A stretch of 64,000 bases of DNA, from contig CDMY01000158.1 in NCBI GenBank assembly GCA_001179505.1, forward strand, positions 62,001 through 126,000, written 5' to 3'. Shown here in pieces: positions 1 to 12,782 of the stretch. Positions within the stretch are counted from its first letter, which is position 1, and each line of letters starts with the position of its first letter. Under the pieces are notes generated by a model that saw only the letters and a program-made list of their open reading frames with translations, did not search any database and had not been told where the DNA came from. The DNA is from Vitrella brassicaformis CCMP3155 (Eukaryota; Protista; Chromerida). The translations under genes were made by a program, and so were the position numbers.

Positions 1-3000
1 CAGCTTCAGCACTTCCTTCCTTTTCACCAGGTGGCGTCTCTACTTTGTCGTCTTCCTGCTTGGCGGGGGGCAGGCTCATATTCTCTTTTGTTGATGCTTG
101 TGTCTCGGCAGGCTGAGGTGCATGGCCCTCTTCCTTCTTGGCTGCTGGTTGTGGAGATGGAGGCGGGGAGGGGGCTGGGGCTACGTGTGTTGGGCCCTTA
201 ATGACCGGTGTCACCAACCCATTACACTCTGCACACCCATACAGGCGAGTGAGATAGGCGTTGTTGTCTTCTGCCTGACCCGTTCTCCTACTTTTCTGTG
301 TCTTCTCAGCGGCGCTCCGTGTCGTCTCGTCAAAGGGGCTCCACTGCAGCTGCTTGGACGCCTTGAACACACAGCAGGGACGAGACACCGTTGTGCCCTT
401 GTCGCCACCAGCTTTCGTGTCAACAAACTCAAACAATGCGCCACCGGCCGAGGGATAGCGAAATGTGACAGAGGGTGGTGCTTCCTTCTTGTGTAGGTGG
501 GCTGGGAGGTCAGCGGCAGCAATTGTCTTCTTTTCCGTCTCTCGCTGTGGTGGTACTGGCGGTGGTGTAGGCGGTGTCGACTTCTCGATAGCAATCCAGC
601 CCTCTCCTTCTTTTCCTTTTTCAGGCACAGGTTTGGACGGCATGATGAGTGACGTCAATGGAATATCTTCGTTGTGCAGGTTATGCATGGGCATCTCCTC
701 TGGCGGCGGATCGAGCTCACTCCCCCGCTGCAGAATGTCCACCTCTTCCTCTGAATCGCCCTCTACTTCATCATTCCGGCGGTCCCTCACCGAAGGGCCG
801 ACGGTGCTTGTTTCCTCGATGAAGGACACCGGCTGTGGACGTGACTCAGCCGGCTTTTCGCCCAGTGTCAGCAGCTCGATGCCGGACGGATTTTCTGTAT
901 ACATGCCAGCGTCCTGATCAGCCTCAGCATCATAGCTAGCTGTAAGCCTCGTCGACGGAGCACATCCCTTACACGGCGCCACGAGCGGCGATGTCTCTTG
1001 TGTGTAGGGGTTGCGGGAGCGAGTGGTGCCAGCGGATAGTGACAGGGCATTTGACAAGGACGACAGGATGGGCTGATCAAAGAAGCCGCCTGTGGATGAC
1101 TGGAGGAGGCTGATGGGTGGTGAATCGGCGGAGACAGCTGGCGGCACAAGGGTCACATTCTCTATGCGAATGATCTGTCGACACCAAACACACACGTATA
1201 TCCCGATCAGCTGGTGTTGCTGACCTTTAGTGTGTTGGAGAAATCATCGACCGACGGCGCTGTCGTCATCCGGCCAATGGAGACCTTGACAGCCTCGCGC
1301 ACCTTCGCCAAGAGTGTCGCCCTTCCCTCTGGCGATGCAAGCGGCAACAACACGCCCTGAGCCACAGAGCGCACACGGATGTTCGCGGCACACAGATAGG
1401 AAAACATAGAGAGACGTCCCCTTCTCCCCACTGACCTTGACGTCGCTCCGTCGCCTCGCAGCTGTGGCAAGGAAGACATCAATTATTGACACCCCGCCAC
1501 CTGCCTCCCCTCGCTGCCGCATCTGCATGACGGACAAGTCAGTGGCCGACACATCCTGGCTCCTCATCAAGTCAGCCAGTGCGGTTGCTGCGGTGGCCTC
1601 GAAGGATGCGGCAATCCACCGACACGCAGAGGACGGCAAGGGAAGGGGCGACGGCGGGGAGGAAGGAGAAGGCTTGCTCACTGAATCTTCTTGTCGAGCC
1701 GGAGCGTTCTTGCCCTGGTCTGTGGTGGCGTGTATTGGTATCCATTCACCGCCGGTCTTGGGCTGAGGCTGTGGCGGGGGCTGTGACATGTCTCTGGGAG
1801 TAAGGTCCTTGTCTGAAGGCTTCTGCTCCTCACTCGGTGTTTGTGGTGGAGGCACTTGCGTTTCCGTGTGTCTTGTACCTTCCTGGCTTTTGAGCGCCGG
1901 CGGAGCCTTGTCATTCGCCGGTAGTGGCTGCTGTGCGTCGGTGGGGGCGTGATTCGCCGGTTGATTTGGCGTCGGTGGTGCTGTGTGGGACGTGTTGAGG
2001 GCTGTGCTCTGAGCTGCCTGGGCGAGTGCCGTGGGGACGCGTGTATGATAGCGATGGCCCCGGCGTTGTCGCTGCTTGTGTAAGAGTAGTGCACGAAAAA
2101 GATAGAGGAGCAACAGCTGCTGATCCCGGTCCGCCCGGAGACCTGTAGAAAGGAGACCACAAGCCGTGTGTGTCGTGTCTCCTCACCCACCCAACACTGA
2201 CCGATTCCGCGTCGTGTCTTGATGTAGCTCGTGTGTTGGCTGCGGTGGCTCTTGACGTCACGCATCACCGACTGCGATCGCTGAATGAGGGATGGCGCTG
2301 CTTGTGAGGCAGGCCAGCTGTGCATTGGCTCACACTCCATCAACAGCGAGAAGCTGACGCCATAACGACCTGCACACACGCGCAGAGACATAAAAGACCA
2401 GATAGCATGCATCAGTTCTGTGACTGCCCTCTCTCTCTCTCACCATTCTTGACGCAGTGTCTCCCGACACCCTCGCCCGTGCACGCCAGACCAGGGTCCT
2501 CTCCCCCACCAAAGTGCGGATAAGCACCCACTAAACCGCACCTGCCCACGTTGGTGTTGCACGCGAGGGGGTGGGTGTGGATGAGGCCGTCGCACTGGTG
2601 GGGGAAGCAGTCCACGCGCGACTTGAGACCACAAACCTGGAACGTGATTGACTGAAGACGAACAAATGGACGGCGAGGACACCTGTTGAAATGTCTGCTT
2701 GGTTCGTGGAGAACACTCACTCGATTCGTGTTGGACGAGGGATCGTTTTGTTGTTCCAGCTGGCACATCGACGGAATGGTGCTGTTTCCTTTTCTCGCTC
2801 CCCATCTCAGTCTTGCCAGCCACCTCCCTAGCAGCGCGGCGGCGCGCCCGAACCTCTCTGCCTTCGCCTTTCCCTGTCTCCTTCTTGACTCGTCCCTGGC
2901 CCTCTGCAGCATCTGCCCGTGCGACAGCTTCAAAAGACGACCCAGCCACCCCTCCTGGACCATCGCGCTCGGCAGCAACACCTTGACGCCACTGTCGCCT

Positions 3001-3215
3001 CTGCTCGTGTCTCGGTCGTTCGGTGGACAGTGATACGATTGGTTGGTAGTCAGCTGCTCCAGTGGCGGTGCGTGGGGGTCCAGGGCACGCAGTCGCTCGT
3101 AGACACCAGCGATCTCGTTGGCCAGAGGTGCGTGGAAGGGGGAGGGAGATGTGCACTCGGACGGAGATGACTCGGTTGGCACTGGCGATGAGCCCACCCT
3201 CACAGCCGCACCCAT
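1..3215 (-). CDS. Multi-exon hypothetical protein, Pro/Ser/Glu-rich, runs off the window edge (may be the 3' part of the gene at 3305-5913)
   Basis: Phase-compatible GT-AG exons at about 3215-2690, 2630-2443, 2380-2205, 2140-1680 and further pieces. The last visible exon 1174-1 is open to position 1 (IIRIENVTLVPP...PPAKQEDDKVETPPGEKEGSAEA). No family motif recognised; start codon uncertain. Confidence 0.55.
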
Positions 3216-3304
3216 CTCGACCTCCTGCACACGATCGCATTGTTGCCGTGGTATGACCGTTTATCTGCATACCAGAAGTGCGGTGTGTGGATGTGCAGCC
3301 TCCA

Positions 3305-5913
3305 TCATATCGTCGTGCACGGAGAGGGCACTGCGGGTGATGGGATGTAGAAGGGCGGGACACCCAGGTACTCAGACATGCCCAGCACAAACAACTGATT
3401 CATCATACAAGCATCCAGCATGGATGCGAATGCGTTTGACGGTGTATCTGCCTCACTTGCTGTCTGTGTATGTTGAGGAACGAGCACAGTTCAGCGCCGG
3501 CACGGATGGTCCATAGGAAACGAAGTTCTTGCCGATCTGCACTCATGAACGCATACGCAATCAGCATCTAGAACAATCATTCAATCAGCTTACGTGTGGT
3601 TGATGTGCACCGGCACACATAGGGATTCCACTCCTCCTCCAGCGGACAAAACTCGCACTCCTCCCCTTCGTCAGATTCAGCTGCTTCCCTTTCCGACGGG
3701 AGTGGTGGGGGTGGAGCCTCGCCGTCTTTCTTCTGTGGGTGTGCAGGAGCGACAGAAGGAAGCTGGAAGGGCAGCTTCTCTTTTGCCTCTTCTCTCTGTC
3801 GTGGTGGTGTCACACGAAGTGAAGTCACGGATGGCGGTGGTGCGGTCGGCTCCATTTTCTTGTCTTCTACTGTCTTGACGTCTTCTACTGTCTTGATGTC
3901 TTCTGCCTTCTTGGCCACCAGTGTCGGTGTCGGCTTTGGGGTGGGCGTAGGCTTTGGTGTGGGTGACGGTGATGGTACCGCGAGGTTGCGGAAGACATCG
4001 AGTGGCGGCAGGGTCAGGTTGCCGTACAGACTTGTACTGTACAACATGCCTGGAAAAGGCAAGGTCAGCCATAGAGACATGGACTTCTGTCTGCAGGCAT
4101 CGCACATGCATACCGTTGTCCCGCATCTGCTGACGGAAGGTTTTTGAGTCGCGGTAGATCTCATCAGCCTGTATGAAAGAGTACGCCAAACACCATCAAT
4201 CAGTGTTCGTCCTTGCTGGTGTGGTTTCAATGACTCACTCGTTTGGCGACGTCGAGAATGCTCTCGATTGTGTTCGCGAATCGGGTGGTGGCGCTCTCCA
4301 CCTACACATCAAGCATTCCATTTATCCATCCGTTCATCCATCCACCCCACACACAGCCAGCCAGCTAGCCACCCACCCACACTCTGATACTCACCGCCAG
4401 GCCGATGACTCTCGTGTCGTCGTGCTGATTCACCCTTTCCTCCTTCTTCATTTCGTCTCTCCCACCGACAGCCAGCTGCACAAAGCTCGATCCCTTCCTG
4501 TCGGCTCTTAGCATGGCGGGTGCGTTGAGCAGCGTCATGATGGGCCAGCTGGTGAGCAGCGAACGAGGCGAGAAATCAACCACGCGCCTGGCATCGATGA
4601 AGCTGGACTGCGCTGCTGTGGGTGGAGGGGCTGCTGTTGTGGTGGTTGTGGTGGGTGTGCTGGTTGGTTGGGCGGTTTGCTGTGGTTTGAGCTCATGTGT
4701 TTGCTGTGGTTTGAGCTCATTGACTACCTTCTCAAAGACTTGTGCTGCTTTCTCCCGCACCTGCCATACAAATCAAAATGTGTCTCTGTGTATGGAAAGC
4801 TGTGTGCTTGCCTCCCTGACGATGTGCCAGCACTGGTTGAACAACTGCGTGAAGCTCGCGTCATCAACCCTCAATACATACGTATATGGGGGCTGCATGG
4901 TCGACACAACAGACACGTGTCTCACTGATGTGTCTCATCCCTCTCTGGTCTCACCTGCCCGTCTCTTTGCTTCCTCTCGGCTTTGGTATGTGCGTCCACC
5001 GAACAGCCGATTTCACACAGCAGAGCCTCGTAGAAGGACAAAGTCGGCAGCTGACACTCCAGCGCGTATCGGGCCATGACACACATCGACTTGTCCAGCT
5101 CCTTCTCTTTTTTCTGCACCGCAGCCGCCGCTCCCATGTCGGTGTCCTGCAGCAGATGTATCAGATCCGGGATGAAGCTAGATGCACGGTTGGCGAAATC
5201 AGACAGCCGGGCACGCTGCATGAATGGAAGGGAAGGCATGCATAAGATGTCAGATGTGAGGTGTTGCCTCACGTGGGGAAGTATCACTGCGGCCACTCTG
5301 TCCAAGTAAGAGGCGCGGCAGCACACAGGGGCGTCTCGGTAGCGAAGACACATCGTGCTCGCCGCACCCGCCTGACACACACACACATGGACCAGCCATC
5401 AGCCATCAACCTTCAACAATTCTTTTCCCCTTTCGTGTCTTGCACCTTGGGAAGCGTTTCTGCCTTCATCCGATGGAACTCTTTCCCACTCTCGCCGTGG
5501 GGCTCATGCCCATCCCTGACACCGCCCTTGGTGCCGTTCTCCTCCTGTCGATACACGTCCACCGCCTCACCCACCCCATCGTAATAGCCCTCGGCCACAC
5601 TCACGCCATCAGCAAACACTGACCGCACCAAATCTGGACCTCTGCACTGCTCGCCGTCCGGTGCCGCGGTATTTCTCTTGCTGCTCTCATTCTCCTCTGG
5701 CTTGCCAGATGTTGGTGCAGATTGAGCCAGCTGCAGCCATTGATGTGCTGCTGGCAGGGCAGTATGCTTGTTCATCTGGTGTCGCGGAGCTGAGGAGGGT
5801 GGTAGAGGGACTGATGGGGAGAGGCGGTGGTGTCTGTGCGGCGCCGAGTGAAAGGGATGCGGCAAGGAGAGAGCTGCCGCAGCAAGGAGCATCGATAGGG
5901 CGGTCACGCTCAT
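3305..5913 (-). CDS. Secreted (signal-peptide) multi-exon protein with a Cys-containing region and Thr/Pro-rich mucin-like repeats
   Basis: ATG at 5913 begins MSVTALSMLLAAAALSLP, a hydrophobic leader. Exons join in phase, e.g. RDN-G|MLYSTS and TT-R|H-RQELRF. Contains PVCCRASYLD, ELKPQQT x2, TTTTTTAAPPP, PTPKPTPTPKPTPT and KTVED x3. The 3' end at 3305 is one possible splice outcome. Confidence 0.55.
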
Positions 5914-6049
5914 CTGTGTTGGAGAGGAGCCATAGAGCGTGTCCGGGATGCGAGACGGAAACGGCCAGGGCCCCCATGGCGAGAATGATCGAGACGGAAT
6001 CATTCTGACAGTTTCTTTTCGTCAAACACGGTTCATCCTCTCCCCAGCA
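5914..6049. promoter_or_regulatory. Very short divergent intergenic region (candidate bidirectional promoter)
   Basis: Only 136 nt between the opposed putative ATGs at 5913 (-) and 6050 (+). Confidence 0.35.
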
Positions 6050-8795
6050 ATGGCGGCGTCACTGGATGTCGACGCATGGAAATCGACGCCATCCCAGCGG
6101 CCCACTACTCGAGTGCCGAGCACCTCCTGTGCGATGGACTGTACACATCCCTCAGTCATCCTTTCCTTCCCTCATCCTCACGCCCTCCCTGCCATCGGCA
6201 GCTGTCTAATAGATCCCCACGGCTCCCAGCAGATTCTAACCACCGCCGAACCGCCCCGCTCTGTGGAGTTGAAGCGTCATGGTGCAAGGACAGCATTGTC
6301 GATCAAAATAACAGCCGCAGGGGACAGCAGGCCGCAGCTGGCCCTCGAAGGGGGTACCCTCGAAGCACTGAGTTCGGCTTCATCGAAGACTAAGTACGTG
6401 ATGTCCGTGTGTGTGTGGTGTGCAGGTTGAGGAGGGCACTCCACCGGACCGGCATCCTGGTGCTATCCGCCAAGGACATTTGAAAGGCCGACAAGAACTG
6501 GCCATACAAGTGCCTCTGGAAGGTGAAACACAGTCAGACACACACACCCAGTCAGACACACACACCACGCCCACACACACCCATGGTGTGGTGTGGCTTC
6601 TCTGTCCGTGCTGTGTCATCCATTCATTCAGCGTCAGTGTTTCGCTGAGCTGCTGGCCTACCTCCACGAAGAGGATGTGATGCCGTGGCGGGTGATATCC
6701 ATCGGGGACGCGGAACGGGACCTCTCTGCGCTCGAGTGGAACAGGCTGTAGCTAACCAAGACACACACACACACAAATTCAAATTCTCGTGCAATGGCAG
6801 CGCCGATGAATGTTCATCATCAGCAGCAGGTCCCACCGCATCAACAAGAGTGGAAGACCTAGGAAGCTGTAGGCGCATAGTCGCCTTCGAGGACGCGCCC
6901 CGTGACGCGCAGCAGTGGCGGCGTCTGCGAGACGACCAGGGCGAGCCAGACGCCGCCGGGTCGGACGGCGTCGTGGTCGAGATGGAGGGTGTGCAGAGCC
7001 CGGGCAGCAGAATAGCCCTGAAATACGCCCGCTACAGCAACCGCAATGCCGCCATCGCCCAGGAGGCCAGCACCCTGGCTGCCCTGAGTCGCAAGACCGA
7101 CGCGGTCCCCGGCTACTACGGCAGGGTCACACTGCCTTTCGAGGGACATGCGCATGGAGTACCTTGAGCCGCTGCAGCAGCAGGCGGCCGCCAACCAGGG
7201 CGTGGCGCCGGTGGGTGTGTTGGCGGTGGGGGAGAGGCTAGTGGTGTCCGGGGAGGCCACACTCGAGTATTTCGCCCATGTGGTACCGTATGCACCCATC
7301 ACCCATCCGATCCACACACATGCACCTACCTACCTACCTAGACGGAACGTGCATCAACACAACACGTGCATGCAATGCATGTGTGTATCATATCGTGTGT
7401 GTGTATGCAGATGTCGAGCACCAAGGAGTTGCACAAGGCCGGATACCTCAACCGCGACCAAAGGCCTGACAACCGTAAGCAAACCACCTACACCAAAGCG
7501 CCCGTTGAACCGTCTACCTCTCTGTCTGTCTGTCTGTCTGTCTGTCTGCAATGTGTGTGTGATTCGTTCAGACTTACTACCGAGGACCGGCAGGTTGCGC
7601 GTGTTGCAGGCCGACTTGAGCAGAGCAGAGGCCTTCGTCGACCGCCATGGAGCTCAGCCGCCGTTCGTCGGCCGCAACTCGCAGCAGGAGATGCAGAAAG
7701 TGTCGGCGCAGCTCTGCCAGTACAGGAGACTCGTCAAAGCCATCCGCGACCTCGTGGATCAATGTCTGCTTGCAATGATCTTCACAGTACGCAGACAGTG
7801 GATCGATGCACCCCGCAACCATCGCGTGTGCATCCGTGTTGTGTTGTGTTTGGCGCTTTCTGCCTGCAGCGACAGGTCGTTGTGAGTGCGCTGAGGGACT
7901 TCTCGCTCTTCATGATCAAACTCACGCGCGCCGCAGACCCGATCTTCAACGAGCCGGAGAGAGAAGGGACACTGAGCGAGCACATCCGCTTGGTCTCGAG
8001 CGAGTTCTGCGTGTGGGTACGTAGGGATGGATGATATCTCCGCACACGACACATGTGTGCTGTTTGTCTTGATTCAGCTGCCCAATCTGCTCGTACTGCA
8101 TCACATGACGTGCCGCGACACCGACTACAGCGACACACTGCTGCAAGAGGTGGCACCCAACCTGATGCGCCGAAAGGCGGCGACGCTGGCGCGGCTCATG
8201 CGGAACTACGACCACATGCGAGCGATGTTCGCGGTATGTGGATGGATAGATGTACAGTACTATGTGTGAAGACACATCCGTGAGCGTTTGTCTGTGTTGC
8301 TCGGGCAGTCGAACCTCAACATCGATGTCAACGAATTCTTAGGCCGAGTGGTGTCGCGGCTGTGCGACGGCGATCAGAGATGGCGGGAGGGGCTGGTAGG
8401 CAGCAGCCAGGGGGATGGCATGATGGCATGGCGTCTATGAGAATGTGTGTGCATGCTGTGTGCCAGGACGCCCAACATGAGCAGCTGTTGGACGACTTCT
8501 ACCAGATCGTCCTGCCACTGGCCACCGTGGTGGCGCTCGAAGACCGGGCCAAATTCAACACCATTGCCAAGGTAAAGACGACATCAGAGAGACTACAGTC
8601 CTGGTCTGTGAAGTGTGTGATGTGTGTGTGTGTGTGTGTGCCTGCTGTCAGTTTGTGGCGTCCATGTTGAACGACAGGATCAACCCGCATGGACCTGCTG
8701 CTGCTGCTGCTGCTGCCGCAGCCACGGGAGCGACGGGCGGTGGCCCGCCGAGCGGTGGCCCGCCGCCTCATGGGCCGCATCGGCTGACTCGGTGA
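6050..8795 (+). pseudogene. HAD-like domain fused to a divergent (CK1-like) protein kinase, with an in-frame TGA and a frameshift
   Basis: Exons 6050-6393, 6426-6522, 6632-6747 and 6801 onward splice in phase. HAD-like motifs: LDVD, ILTTAE, GILVLSAK..WK, VISIGDAERD. Kinase motifs: IALK, AQEASTL, MEYL hinge, NRDQRPDN, ADLSRA. TGA at 6481-6483; +1 shift near 7145. Confidence 0.6.
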
Positions 8796-9808
8796 GCGCG
8801 GGTGGGCTGGTGTCGGCCGGTGTGCATACGTGTCTATGTGTGGATGGTTCGTGTGTCTTGTGTGGTTCAGGCAAGCTCCTCACCGTCAAGTGACCGGGCC
8901 ACGCCGTGCACCACATGAAAGACCATCTAAGTGCTTCTCAAGTACCACTCCCGCGTCATGTATAATATGGACATCGACATTCATCACGGGGATGGTGTCG
9001 AGGAGGCATTCTTGATCACACCAAGGTGACCATACAAAGACATGGTGGGACACGTGTATGCGGTTCTCTCTCTTTCTAGGGTAATGACGGTGTCGTTTCA
9101 CAAGTATGACGGCAAATTCTTCCCGGGCACAGGAGACCTCACCAACGTCGATTGATTCATCGCTGCTTCCATTTTATATCTGACGGTCTTGTGGGCAAAC
9201 CATCTCGCCCCCGCGTGTGTCTGTGTATCTCTGCATCCATTCACGCGACGATGGGATATTGTTGGCTTCTTCCATACATAGAGACATAAAGGAAGCGTTC
9301 CTTGGCACATGAGCAGTACAGACCCGACGCACCCATAGGTAGGTGGCCACGCTGTTTGTGTAGTGTGCCCATGCTGCCGTGGAGGCTAACAAAATATCCG
9401 TCAAGAAAGGAAACCCGCGATTGCAGGAAGATCCGTCTCTCTCTCTCTCTCTGTTTCACACCCCCAGCCGATCGGCCTATACCTGCACATTCGACTGGGC
9501 CATTATTTGCCTTCGAGAGACCTTTTAAGTATGCTTATTCGTCTCTCTTGCGTGAGGAGAACTCTGCCTGCTGGTCGGCCGTCCGTCGGGTGGTGCTGGG
9601 CTGGAGGGAACACTATGTGCAGAGAGGCCATCCGATGTGTCAGTCAGTCCGGTGCAAATCGATGCCTGTCTGCATTTTATGTGTGTGTGCACGGACTCAC
9701 TCGGTGATTGATAGGATGACCTAACCAAGCAATTAGGCACGTACAGGTGCGGTGCATTCTGACTGTCGTCACGAATCATCCATCCCATCCATTCGTCGAA
9801 CAGTGAGT

Positions 9809-9874
9809 GAGAACACACCCACCCACCCATCTATCTATCTCGAGAACACACCCACCCACCCATCTATCTATCTC
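9809..9874 (+). repeat. Tandem duplication of a 33-nt unit
   Basis: gagaacacacccacccacccatctatctatctc x2. Confidence 0.9.
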
Positions 9875-9920
9875 GTCTGTCTCACCTCTTCTCGGCTCAA
9901 GCTGCTTAAGGCACCTCGAC

Positions 9921-11395
9921 TCATGTACACGACGACACGGCCGAAAATCCATCACCCACTCCCACACCGACACCCACCCCCACCCCCACCCGCAGACCGC
10001 CCAGACTCTTGCCACCTCCGTCAATGCCACACACCGCCCTCTCCCTCTCCCTCCCCCTCTCCCTGTCTCTGTGCTGCGTCTCGTCATCTCTCCCAATGTC
10101 GTGTTGAGATGGGCCATGCGTCTTCCGTGACGGCGCAGATGTGCTGTGAGGGAGGGGTGGCCGGGCGGGGGGCGGCAGGGGAGGGCCAGGCCGGTCAGGC
10201 GGCGGCACTGACGTCATTGTGGGCGACACGGGGGTGGACCGTGTGGCAGACCGAGGGCAGGATGAGGAACACACAGACACGGAAGATAAGACTGCATTCA
10301 TTGTTGGGGGTGGGTAATCCACACACACATACACATACGCGGAAACCGTGTACATACACGTGAATGAGTGATGGCGGTGATTTCCCCTTTCACCTTGTGT
10401 GCTGGCTGCGCTGCTGGCAGCGTCAGCGTCATTGTCATTGTTGGCCACGATCCCCACAGCTTTGGACAGGAAGTCACACATCACCGCCGCCCCACCAGCT
10501 GCCTCGTGCTCATCATCCTCCGCACCGCCGCCATCCGGTGAGTCGTCGTCATGGCCCAGACGCCGGCCCTCCCTCTCCACCTGTCTGTCCCCTTGTGGGT
10601 CGCTCTCGTCTTCGCTAGAGTGGTGGCTGAATGTCTGCAGCTCCACCTCAGATTGGGAAGATGCTGCTGCCGCTGCTGCTGCTGCTGCTGCTGGGCTCAC
10701 GTGAGAGTGGTCACGCGATTGGGGCACTGTTGGGGCGCTCACCACTGCACACGTACGCAGCGTACAGTGGTGGCGTGTCTCTGTCTGTCTTTGTGTTTGT
10801 GTCATGCATTCTCACTGACTGACCAGTGTGTGGGTGTGGGGCAGGGGAACTGTGTGTGCGGATGGTGTCGATAGTGTGGCCGGCTGCACCAGCAGCGCCA
10901 CCGCTGCCCGTCCCCTGGACGTCTTCAGGGTCCTGTGAGGGGTCTTCAATCAGCCGCCGCCTCAGCGCCAGGGTGGCCGACCACGGCAAAGTCAGGTCAC
11001 TACTCAGCAGCAGCAGGGCCCAATACGCCACGTACAGCAGCAACAGCAACACGCACATCAACATCCTGCACACACACACACACGTGCGCCTATTTGATGG
11101 TGCCTCTCCCCTCTCCCTCTCTCTGTGTGTTCCGCCCCCACTTACCCAGTGTTTTGCACTCGTGTGAAGTAGGGGTCTCTGGTGTCGGAGAAGAGCATGT
11201 TGGCCATGAGAATGAGGGCAAACTCAAATGACCTCAGGTGGAAGAGCACCCGGCAGTGTCGGGTGTTGCGCTGCACGCGGTCCTCGCTGGCGCTGAGGAG
11301 GGCGTAGGCCCCCACGAGCATCACGGCGATGCCGATGACGAAGTTCTTGAAAAAGCTGTTGTTGAACGTCAGACAGATGCACAGCGCAAAGACCT

Positions 11396-11428
<33 letters not shown>

Positions 11429-12782
11429 AAACGAGGGATGGAGGATGAATGAACTATACAGGTCGACACAGGCAGACAGAGAGAGACGAGGCGTGCCACA
11501 GCAACTACCTGTCCGAAGAAGATGCAGCAGAAGCTCCATGGCCAGAATATCCTTTGGCCCACCAGACAGAGCGTCACGATCCGCAGCTGCACGTCGATCA
11601 TGTGGAGGCCGCCGCTCAGCACCAGACGCACCACAGTGGACCGCCGACTCAACTCGCGCAACGGCTGATCGGGCGAGTGACGCTGATACATACACAGGCG
11701 AGAGATCCATCCATGTGTGCAGGTGAGTGAGGTGGCCATGGGTGTGAAGGCAAGCACCCACCTGTATGTCGCTGATGAGGTTTTTGGTGAGTGTGGCGGC
11801 GACTGTGAGGGAACAGAGAGTGGCACCCACGGCGTTGAGGACCAACACGAAAGGGGCGACAGAGTCAGGCTGACTCGTGCCAGGAATGATGTTGCCGCCG
11901 GACGCTAGACATCACACACCCACACACACACACCCACACACACACGTACGTGTGGACGAGCAATGTGGGTCCACCGTGTGTTGCGTGCTGTGCTCACTGG
12001 CCAAGAATGCACTGTTTTGTGCGTAGATGAGTATGTGGTTGTAGAAGAAGCAGAGGGGCAGGTTGGCGAAGGGGATGGACACGTGGTGGAACTCCTGCAG
12101 CTTGGGGGGCTCCTCAACCGCATCCCAATTCGCATACGCCTGCATGCACCCCATTAATTAAATTAGTGAGTAAGGGGTTACGAATGAATGCATAAGTCCA
12201 TCAAAGTGCGTCCATCAATCCAATCCCCCATGAGCCAAAAGCACTGCTGGTTCTTGCTTGCCTCAAGGAAGGGATGCGCCCCAACGAGAGCCGCCCCCAC
12301 CCACCGCAATCGCTGGACACACACGACACAGCAGACATTTCAGCCAGATCTTGGTGATCTGATGACTGATCTGCCCACCTTCTCGTTCAGGTAGAGGATG
12401 GCAGAATAGCACCACGCCGTCGTCTGACACAGCACCTGCTCCAGAACACACACACACACACACACACGAAGCAGACATCCGATCTGATCTCCCGTCTGTC
12501 TGTCTGTCTAGAGCTGTCTGTGTGTGTGTGTGTGTCGAGTGACTGCTGATCTGATCAGACCAGTGTCCAGAAGAGCGATGGGTATCCCTGGAGGAGGTAG
12601 ACCACCGCCACGGACGAGTGAAACACCAGATTGGCCACATACAGACCCAACGACAGCGACACCCGATATCGTGTCAGGAGCACGTGCTGGCCCGTCGCCC
12701 GCCGCCTCCGCTGCCCGTGGGTGTGCAGCACCCTGCCCACTGCACTGATTGTTCCGCTCGGCGCAGGAGGTATACCCAGCAT
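9921..12782 (-). CDS. XK-related (XKR/CED-8-like) multi-pass membrane protein with a low-complexity C-terminal tail
   Basis: Spliced exons give VAVVYLLQGYPSLFWTLVL, FHHVSIPFANLPLCFF, LCSLTVAATL, GLHMIDVQLRIVTLCLVG, LFHLRSFEFALIL and LLLLLYVAYWALLLL. The order and spacing parallel XKR transmembrane segments as I recall them. Start and 3' end are approximate. Confidence 0.6.

Noticed and set aside
4761-4811. Second GAG|GCAAGC GC-donor candidate
   Set aside because: An in-phase GT donor (GTCAGG) lies 9 nt upstream, so a GC donor is not required
6481-6483. Selenocysteine interpretation of the TGA
   Set aside because: No SECIS recognised, the position is not a redox motif, and a second lesion exists in the same gene
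8886-9724. Short ORFs between the kinase and XKR genes
   Set aside because: No convincing splice chain or motif
10521-10550. DSPD-G caspase-like site in the XKR tail
   Set aside because: Lies in an Asp/Gly-rich low-complexity tract, and true caspases are not expected in this lineage; likely chance
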